Source: Nonlabens ponticola
GTDB lineage: Bacteria; Bacteroidota; Bacteroidia; Flavobacteriales; Flavobacteriaceae
Length of the DNA stretch: 32,000 nt
NCBI RefSeq assembly: GCF_003966335.1
Contig: NZ_CP034549.1
Coordinates: 1,620,001 to 1,652,000, forward strand
Direction of reading: 5' to 3'
Below are positions 25,427 to 31,998 of this stretch, piece by piece (the first letter of the stretch is position 1; every line of letters begins with the position of its first letter). Below the pieces are notes generated by a model that worked only from the letters and a program-made list of their open reading frames with translations, did no database searches and was not told the origin of the DNA. Made by a program: the position numbers and the translations under genes.

Positions 25427-25933
25427 ATGAAATGGTATCTGATTTTAGTTTTATTCTTTTCCAGTTTTCTTGCAGTTGCTCAGACTTATAAAGAAGACAA
25501 GAAAGTCGTGAATTCAAACTCTTTAGAAACATCTAATGAGCAACTCAATTTTATTTCAAACAATCAAGCTAATGCCTCTAACAATCCTGTTACTAGAGGT
25601 AATTCTGTGTTTATTGAACAGGCAGGTTTTGGTAATCAGGCATCTGTTACGGCAGCGTCTGATAATAGCGAAATCAATCTATTCCAATCTGGAAATTTTA
25701 ATCAAAGTTTTATAAAGCTTAATGCTACATCTATTAGAGAGAATGTATTGCAAAGGGGAAATAGCAATTTATTCATTGATTATAGTGTGCATGGAGCAAG
25801 AACACATAATGTTGATTTAATTCAAGACGGTAGTTACAATACGGTAATAAGTGCTGGTAGAAATAGCATTTCTGAAAGATTGCAAATCAATCAAACTGGT
25901 AACGGTGCTGCGGCATTTGTAATTCATTTTTAG
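25427..25933 (+). CDS. small five-repeat curlin (CsgB/CsgA-sized; candidate nucleator)
   Basis: About 168 aa from ATG 25427 (MKWYLILVLFFSSFLAVAQ). There are about five 22-aa units (GNSVFIEQAGFGNQASVTAAS / DNSEINLFQSGNFNQSFIKLNAT / ...LQINQTGNGAAAFVIHF). Its stop lies 1 nt before the next ATG. Confidence 0.7.
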   Translation: MKWYLILVLFFSSFLAVAQTYKEDKKVVNSNSLETSNEQLNFISNNQANASNNPVTRGNSVFIEQAGFGNQASVTAASDNSEINLFQSGNFNQSFIKLNATSIRENVLQRGNSNLFIDYSVHGARTHNVDLIQDGSYNTVISAGRNSISERLQINQTGNGAAAFVIHF

Positions 25934-25934
25934 A

Positions 25935-26666
25935 ATGGCTAGAATCATTTTATTCTTATTAATGATCCCATGTTCAATGGTGCATGCTCAAGAAAGTTTT
26001 TACAATAGGGAAGTAAAGGCTGTTATTGAATTAGAGGATAAGGAAGGATTTGTAAACATTACCGGTATAGCAACTAATCTTACAAGTGCTGATCAGGGAA
26101 TCAGGTATGAACTCGCAGTGATAAGAAAAGATACCGCAAGTGGTAACAGTACTAAAAATAAGCAAACAGGAAGAACAGTTCTCAAGGCTAGTGATAAGGT
26201 ACTGTTGTCAAAAACAAGTGTCAATCTCAATATACCAGATTTGATAACGATCATGTTGTTAATATATGATGTTGATGATAAGTTACTAGGCAAGGAGATT
26301 AAAAGAATAGAACCCAATACTCGAGAAATCGCGGTAGTCCAATCAACAGCGTATGATGGTATAGAATTTAAAGGTATCGTGCTCAAAAAATTGCGCACTG
26401 CGCCTGCTCGCAAATTCTATGACTATTTCTATGAGAAATATAGGTTTTACAATATCAACGGTAGTGAAATCGTGACCATCAAAGAAGTATTTGGTCAAGG
26501 TAGAACTTCTAAGGTAGAAGTACTGGTAGGTAGAGATCTCGTATTTGAATTTTTTCTGAATCCTACTGAAAAGTATATAGAACAAATGGGCGATAATGCC
26601 ATCTACAAAGTGTATAACAAATTTGAATCACTCAAGGCGCAAGAAGCCGCCATTAAAAATTATTAA
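25935..26666 (+). CDS. csgE: CsgE-like curli secretion specificity factor with an N-terminal CsgC/CsgH-like extra domain
   Basis: 243 aa with a signal peptide. The C-terminal ~100 aa align by eye to E. coli CsgE (ARKFYDYFYEKY vs GHDFYRAFSDKW; IVTIKEVFGQGRTSKVEVLVGRDLVFEFFLNP vs [31 protein letters not shown]). The N-terminal ~105 aa resemble CsgC (see finding). Confidence 0.7.
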   Translation: MARIILFLLMIPCSMVHAQESFYNREVKAVIELEDKEGFVNITGIATNLTSADQGIRYELAVIRKDTASGNSTKNKQTGRTVLKASDKVLLSKTSVNLNIPDLITIMLLIYDVDDKLLGKEIKRIEPNTREIAVVQSTAYDGIEFKGIVLKKLRTAPARKFYDYFYEKYRFYNINGSEIVTIKEVFGQGRTSKVEVLVGRDLVFEFFLNPTEKYIEQMGDNAIYKVYNKFESLKAQEAAIKNY

Positions 26667-26668
26667 TA

Positions 26669-27094
26669 ATGCTCAACAAAATTACAACACCGCTCACGTT
26701 GTTAATTTTACTTTGCCTTGCGGCAACAAGTAACGCTCAACAACTTGTTTATAAACCTATCAATCCAGCCTTTGGCGGTGATACGTTTAATTATCAGTGG
26801 CTTATTCAAAGTGCTGAACAACAAAATAAATTCACAGATCCCGCGCAACGTGGACTCAACGATCCACAATCAGAGCTTGATAGCTTTGCAGACGGACTTA
26901 ACCGACAAATCTTAAGTCAATTATCCAGATCATTAATCAATGCTCAAATTGATCTTAATGATGGGTTAGAACCAGGAACTTTCAGTTTTGGTAGTCTAGA
27001 GGTAGAAGTTCTAGAGTCGTTAGATGGACTTGTGGTAAACATTCTCGATACTAACACAGGAGACACCACTCAAGTAGTTATACCTACAAATTAA
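26669..27094 (+). CDS. csgF: curli assembly component CsgF
   Basis: 141 aa with a signal peptide. The mature N-terminus QQLVYKPINPAFGGDTFNYQWLIQSAEQQNKF matches the E. coli CsgF signature [26 protein letters not shown]. Confidence 0.85.
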   Translation: MLNKITTPLTLLILLCLAATSNAQQLVYKPINPAFGGDTFNYQWLIQSAEQQNKFTDPAQRGLNDPQSELDSFADGLNRQILSQLSRSLINAQIDLNDGLEPGTFSFGSLEVEVLESLDGLVVNILDTNTGDTTQVVIPTN

Positions 27095-27104
27095 AACGGT
27101 GTCC

Positions 27105-28616
27105 ATGAAAAAATCAATCAACCCAATAGGGCTCGTACTCTTGTGCTTACTTTTTTCAAGTTGTGGAGCCTACTTTAATCAGCCACTTGATACTCAAAAT
27201 GCGCGAGTAGGAGAAACTACAGACGCCACGTTGCGTTTGAGAGAATTGCCGCCACCTGTTGCACCAGCGGTTGTAGGCGTATATAAATTTGAGGATCAAA
27301 CAGGACAGTTCAAACAGGCAGAGTCTGGTTCAACCTTTAGCAATGCCGTTACTCAAGGTGGTACTACTATTCTTGTAAAGGCACTAGAAGATTCTAAATG
27401 GTTCACACCGATAGAGCGAGAAAACTTAGGTAATCTTATTAATGAACGCAATATTATTCTTTCAACTCGCAAGGATTTTGCACAAAAGACAAACACCCAG
27501 GTAAAAGACTTGCCACCATTACTTTATGCGGGTGTCTTGATAGAAGGTGGTATCGTTTCTTATGATACTAATGTACTTACCGGTGGTGTCGGCGCGAGAT
27601 ACTTTGGCGCTGGTGGTTCTACAAAATATCGTCAAGATCGAGTTACCGTTTACTTAAGAGTAGTCTCTACTAAGAATGGTGCCATCATGAAAACGGTTTA
27701 TGTTTCTAAATCTATTTACTCACAAGCTGTAGATGCGAGCCTTTTCAGGTACGTGAACTTCAAACGATTACTAGAGGCAGAAACCGGTTTCACGCGCAAC
27801 GAGCCAGGACAATTAGCTGTAAAAGAAGCTATTGAAAAGGCCGTAGAAGCTCTTATAGTAGAAGGTATCAGCGCAGATTTATGGTATCCAGCAGGTGGCG
27901 AGCCAGTCGCTAATAAGATGATTGCTGACTACCGTCAGGAAAAAGAAGTGGCAGAGCGTACTGACGTTTATCAACGCGATCTTCTTGATCGACGCAGTCG
28001 CTGGAGACTGGATATAGGTGCTGGTGGAACCTATGCTAACAACGATTTACCTGACCCATACTATGAATATTCTATCACGGGTGGGTTGAAATATAATTTC
28101 TCACCACATCTGGGAATTTATGGTAGTATTAATAGATATCGATTGAAGAATACTGATTTATTCAATAGAGAATTTAGCAGTAGTGATCTCAATCTAGAGT
28201 TGACCGTGTTACCGTTTGAAAAATTCACTCCTTATGCCTATGGTGGCGCTGGACTCAATTATGCTAATTCTTTACAAGTAGTGGATTTTAAAGCTCAAGC
28301 AGGCCTAGGCTTTGAATACATGGCCACGCCAGCTATCGGGCTCAAGGTTTATGGAGAGTACAATGTCGTATTTTCTGATGAACTGGAAAACCTCGTTGCA
28401 GGACAGCAGGATGATCACTATTACAAATTTGGCGCTGGTATCAATATATACATTGGTGGTAGCAAGGCAAAGGATAATTCCGCGCGCTATCAACGTCGCA
28501 GGGCAGCTCGAGATGCAAGAAGAAAGAGTCGTCTAGAACCGCCCATTGATAGTAGTAATGATACTACGATTCCGCTTTCGCGAAAGCAAAATAATAACAC
28601 ATCTCAACAACTTTAA
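27105..28616 (+). CDS. csgG: curli secretion channel lipoprotein CsgG fused to a C-terminal 8-strand OMP beta-barrel-like domain and basic tail
   Basis: Lipobox LLFSSC. Residues ~50-265 align closely to E. coli CsgG (VYKFEDQTGQFK, WFTPIERENLGNLINERNII, GGVGARYFGAGGSTKYRQDRVTVYLRVVS, FTRNEPGQLAVKEAIEKAV). Residues ~301-454 form 8 alternating amphipathic strands. The tail is RYQRRRAARDARRKSR. I prefer ATG at 27105 over GTG at 27099. Confidence 0.9.
   Translation: MKKSINPIGLVLLCLLFSSCGAYFNQPLDTQNARVGETTDATLRLRELPPPVAPAVVGVYKFEDQTGQFKQAESGSTFSNAVTQGGTTILVKALEDSKWFTPIERENLGNLINERNIILSTRKDFAQKTNTQVKDLPPLLYAGVLIEGGIVSYDTNVLTGGVGARYFGAGGSTKYRQDRVTVYLRVVSTKNGAIMKTVYVSKSIYSQAVDASLFRYVNFKRLLEAETGFTRNEPGQLAVKEAIEKAVEALIVEGISADLWYPAGGEPVANKMIADYRQEKEVAERTDVYQRDLLDRRSRWRLDIGAGGTYANNDLPDPYYEYSITGGLKYNFSPHLGIYGSINRYRLKNTDLFNREFSSSDLNLELTVLPFEKFTPYAYGGAGLNYANSLQVVDFKAQAGLGFEYMATPAIGLKVYGEYNVVFSDELENLVAGQQDDHYYKFGAGINIYIGGSKAKDNSARYQRRRAARDARRKSRLEPPIDSSNDTTIPLSRKQNNNTSQQL
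28574..28587. repeat. palindrome core GCTTTCGCGAAAGC inside the csgG 3' tail (encodes P-LSRK-Q)
   Basis: Read directly. It lies 27 nt before the csgG stop and 32 nt before the next ATG. Confidence 0.9.
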
Positions 28617-28618
28617 TC

Positions 28619-30088
28619 ATGAGAGCAAAAATCATATTTATTGTATCGATCCTAGTATTGGCTATTTCCTGTACGGAAGATACCGTTGAGGTCAACGGCA
28701 AGGGAACTGTAACAGGTAGAGTAGTGGCCGATGAAAGTTTTGAGCCACTAGCAAATGTCAAAATATCGACCAACCCAAATACGAGCACTACATTTACTGA
28801 TGCAGATGGACAGTTCTCACTAGAAATTGAGAATGGCACCTATGCCGTAAAAGCAGAGAAAGATGGATTTCTAGTGGACTTTGAAAGTGCCGATGTAGAG
28901 ACAGATGAGGAAACGACTCTCGTGTTTGAGTTAAAAGTAAGCACGGCAAATAATCAACCGCCTAGCGCACCAGAACTAATTTTTCCTGAGGATGAAGCGG
29001 TAGAAATACCCTTCAACTTTACGCTAGAATGGGAGTCTCTTGATGTAGATCAAGACAGCCTTACTTACACGGTTACCTTGAGGAATGCGAGCGATAACAG
29101 TGTTAGAACTTTTGAAGATATTGAGGAAGATGAGCTTGAGGTGACCGTTGAGTACGGCACTACCTATTTCTGGCAAGTGACGGTTAATGATGGTATCAAC
29201 GATCCAGTAAATAGCTCTTTAAACAGCTTTACTACTCAATCAATACCTGCTAATCGATTCTTGTACGTGCGTAAAGATGATGACAATAATGTCATTTACA
29301 GTGCAGATCGTGATGGCAACGAGATTGCCCTTACGGACGAGTCGCGCAATAGTTGGCGCCCACGAGTCAATAAGCAAGTAGGGCGCATTGCTTTCTTGCG
29401 CAGTGTAGGTAGTAATACACAGCTTTTTACCATGAATTTAAACGGCAATGATGTACGACAGGTGAGTAGCAGTGTTCCCGTACGTGGTTTTAATCTGGAT
29501 GAGATTGATATAGCTTGGGCAAACAATGGTTCGGCTATATATTATCCATCACAAAATCGACTTTACCGCATCAACACCAATGGTAGTGGCTTGACTCAAG
29601 TTTATCAAACGGTTAATGGCAATCTTATTAGTGAAGTTGATTATAATAATGGCGTCATAGCTTTAAAAACCAATGATCTAGATGGGTATAATGTTGAGAT
29701 ATTTACCATTAATGAGAGTGGTACGAGACTCAATACTGTTTTGACAGGAATCGATGGCGCTGCTGGTGGTCTTGATTTGAGCATCGATAATACACGCCTG
29801 TTATATAGCCGTGATGTGTCTGGGTTTGAAAGTAGTGATTACCGCAGATTAGACAGTCGCGTTTTTATACATCAGTTTAATAATCAATCAAACACTGAAA
29901 TCTCCTTTAATAAACCTGGTGGTACTAATGATCTAGATCCTAGATTCTCACCTACTGATGCTCAAGTGATTGTTACCAATCGAGATAATGATGATACAGG
30001 CGTTGGTACAATTGATATACTAGAGTTGGGTCAGGTTGATCCACGTAATAACACCTTTGAAAATGCATTTATGCCAGATTGGGAATAG
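28619..30088 (+). CDS. lipoprotein with CarboxypepD_reg-like, Ig/FN3-like and TolB-like (PD40) beta-propeller regions
   Basis: 489 aa with lipobox LAISC. Residues 26-106 read GKGTVTGRVVADESFEPLANVKIS...TDADGQFSLEIENGTYAVKAEKDGF (carboxypeptidase-regulatory-like fold). Residues ~112-206 form an Ig-like module (TYTVTL...TYFWQVTVNDG). The C-terminal part has repeated IYSADRDGNEIALTD / RIAFLRS..NTQLFTMNLNGND motifs, as in TolB/PD40 propellers. Its ATG is 2 nt after the csgG stop. Confidence 0.7.
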   Translation: MRAKIIFIVSILVLAISCTEDTVEVNGKGTVTGRVVADESFEPLANVKISTNPNTSTTFTDADGQFSLEIENGTYAVKAEKDGFLVDFESADVETDEETTLVFELKVSTANNQPPSAPELIFPEDEAVEIPFNFTLEWESLDVDQDSLTYTVTLRNASDNSVRTFEDIEEDELEVTVEYGTTYFWQVTVNDGINDPVNSSLNSFTTQSIPANRFLYVRKDDDNNVIYSADRDGNEIALTDESRNSWRPRVNKQVGRIAFLRSVGSNTQLFTMNLNGNDVRQVSSSVPVRGFNLDEIDIAWANNGSAIYYPSQNRLYRINTNGSGLTQVYQTVNGNLISEVDYNNGVIALKTNDLDGYNVEIFTINESGTRLNTVLTGIDGAAGGLDLSIDNTRLLYSRDVSGFESSDYRRLDSRVFIHQFNNQSNTEISFNKPGGTNDLDPRFSPTDAQVIVTNRDNDDTGVGTIDILELGQVDPRNNTFENAFMPDWE

Positions 30089-30107
30089 CATCCTTTTATC
30101 TATAAAT

Positions 30108-30127
30108 GGGATGCGTATCCCGTTTTT
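30108..30127 (+). terminator. candidate terminator of the curli-like operon
   Basis: GGGATgcgtATCCCgttttt. The stem is short (5 bp) but GC-rich, with a T5 run, 20 nt after the stop. Confidence 0.45.
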
Positions 30128-30226
30128 AAGTCTTGAATCTCTGAGCAAGGTTCAACGGGCTAGATAACTGAATATGATACTTACGCAACATCAATATTTA
30201 TGATGCTGTTCCTTCTGCATAAAATT

Positions 30227-30270
30227 GAAAAAGCCTAGCTGGATCTTAGGGAATCCGACTAGGCTTTTAT
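30227..30270. terminator. bidirectional terminator-like hairpin between convergent genes
   Basis: aaaaAGCCTAGctGGAT-cttaggga-ATCCgaCTAGGCTtttat. An 8+4 bp stem is flanked by an A-run and a T-run, so it is usable on both strands. Confidence 0.6.
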
Positions 30271-30456
30271 TCTAAATATTAGTCAAATATAACACCCAAA
30301 AGCAAGAAACAGCGATTAAAGTATGTATTTACCAAAAATTTTGCTTTTAGTCGGTTAATCGATGGTTTCCAAATAAGCTTTAAGCTTTAATGTAGCAGGT
30401 CTATTAGGCTACTTTGCTATAGTTGACCAATTATAGAGATAGCAAGGATTTGGTAA

Positions 30457-31998
30457 TTAGTCCTCTTCAAAAGTTACGCTCTCATAAGCGCCAGCATCTG
30501 GTGAGCCAGCATCGCGAGCCGCTTGAGTTATATCTAGAGACGCCACGGTCGCTGGATTTCCTAGTCCATTTGCCGCACTTTCATTGCTTATCTGCAATTC
30601 ATTGCGAGCAGCGTTCTTGAAGAATGGTTCCTCATTGAGAATGACCTGCTCGTATAAATCTGTATTACTAAAATCATAAACAGAAATATCTTCCAACTCG
30701 CCAAATCGATCCTCAAACTTGATCAATGAGTTTTCAAATTTGAAATTTAGGTCACTCACCTCGTCATCAAGTATCAACAGTTCTAAATCTCTATCGCCAT
30801 AGATGATGCAGTTGGTGAAAACCGCATTCTCCAAGGGTTCGCTCAATCCACTATTAGGAATTGTATTAGAAATGAATAACGCTGGATCCTGGCGTAGACC
30901 ATTTGGGAAAAAGTTTGCGATCGTACAATTATTGAAGTTGTATTCACCACCTAACCGCAATACTACCGATGATTGACCAGAGTTATTGATCACAAGATTC
31001 TCCGCATCAATACTAGCTGTAGATGCAAGTATGCCGTTATTAGCGCTATTATAAATTTGCGTGTTATCTATGCGTAATGTAGCTCCATCATCGTCATCGC
31101 TCTGACTATCCATGATAATCCCAACACTCGAGTTGCGTATGGTAAGGTGTGAGATTTCATGATCTTTGCTACCTGCCGTAAGCCAGATGGCAGTCCATTG
31201 TCCAGGTAGGTCATTAAATGCAGGCTCTAGCCTGTCGCCTTGAAAGATCACCTCATTTTCTAATGCTTCGGTTAGGCTAGGAGCACCATTTACTTTAAGT
31301 GTTGATTCATTTGAGGCGATAATACCGCTGCCATCATGAAAAAATAATCTAGCGCCAGCTTCAATAGTTAGCGTTTGATCATTGGGTATGGCAGCAAATC
31401 CATAAATCACATATGGTTTTTCATTAGTAAAGGTGAGTTCATCCTCGTCTAGAACAAATCCTCTTATACGTATTTCATTCTCATCTTGGTCAACGCCTAA
31501 TAACAAGGATTCCTCAATGCCTTCATCATCTCGCTCTGGGAAAAGAAAAATTGCATCCTTAATCAAGGTCACTAATTCTACAGATTGGAAATCACCTGAA
31601 CTACCAAAATCGATCGTATCCAGATAAAGGAACTCATCATCATCGGTCTGTGTATTAATATCGACAGTGGTTTCAATAAAGACAAATAGGGAATCGTTTG
31701 CCAGTAATTCTACATTTTCAAAAACTCTACCAGGCACTCCATCAACAGCAAGTCGATACAGCGATTCATCACCTTGTCTTAATCGTACCTGTGGTATGAG
31801 AATATCCTCATCGCTGCGATTATAAACCTTTACGGTTCTCGTACTGCTACCTATATTGGTAAATACCGTGTCCAGAAAAACAGTGTCCTGTGAGAATTCT
31901 AGCGCGCCGACACTTTCAGTAAATTCAAAATCGTTGCGACAAGAAGCCAACAGAATAATTACAGTACCTAATAATATGGAGTACGCTATGTTTTTCAT
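30457..31998 (-). CDS. lipoprotein with right-handed parallel beta-helix repeats
   Basis: 513 aa with lipobox LLASC. An N-terminal Ig-like region is followed by repeated N-x-(S/T)-hydrophobic turns (IRNSSVGIIMDS, IYNSANNGILAS, INNSGQSSVVL, FNNCTIANF, FTNCIIYGD), as in pectate-lyase-fold proteins. The function is unknown. Confidence 0.6.
   Translation of the reverse strand: MKNIAYSILLGTVIILLASCRNDFEFTESVGALEFSQDTVFLDTVFTNIGSSTRTVKVYNRSDEDILIPQVRLRQGDESLYRLAVDGVPGRVFENVELLANDSLFVFIETTVDINTQTDDDEFLYLDTIDFGSSGDFQSVELVTLIKDAIFLFPERDDEGIEESLLLGVDQDENEIRIRGFVLDEDELTFTNEKPYVIYGFAAIPNDQTLTIEAGARLFFHDGSGIIASNESTLKVNGAPSLTEALENEVIFQGDRLEPAFNDLPGQWTAIWLTAGSKDHEISHLTIRNSSVGIIMDSQSDDDDGATLRIDNTQIYNSANNGILASTASIDAENLVINNSGQSSVVLRLGGEYNFNNCTIANFFPNGLRQDPALFISNTIPNSGLSEPLENAVFTNCIIYGDRDLELLILDDEVSDLNFKFENSLIKFEDRFGELEDISVYDFSNTDLYEQVILNEEPFFKNAARNELQISNESAANGLGNPATVASLDITQAARDAGSPDAGAYESVTFEED

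Noticed and set aside
21390-25933. Possible CRISPR array or DNA tandem-repeat array, because of the strong periodicity
   Set aside because: The periodicity is at the protein level (11-12 and ~22 residue modules). The underlying DNA repeats are degenerate, and there are no identical direct repeats with unique spacers.
20932-30456. The curli-like locus as a horizontally acquired island or mobile element
   Set aside because: I see no integrase, transposase, tRNA gene or flanking direct repeats. By eye the base composition is similar to the housekeeping part. I cannot compute codon statistics here, so acquisition is neither supported nor excluded.
30423-30620. 65-aa plus-strand ORF at the 3' end of the beta-helix gene
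   Set aside because: It overlaps the well-supported minus-strand lipoprotein gene and has no motifs.
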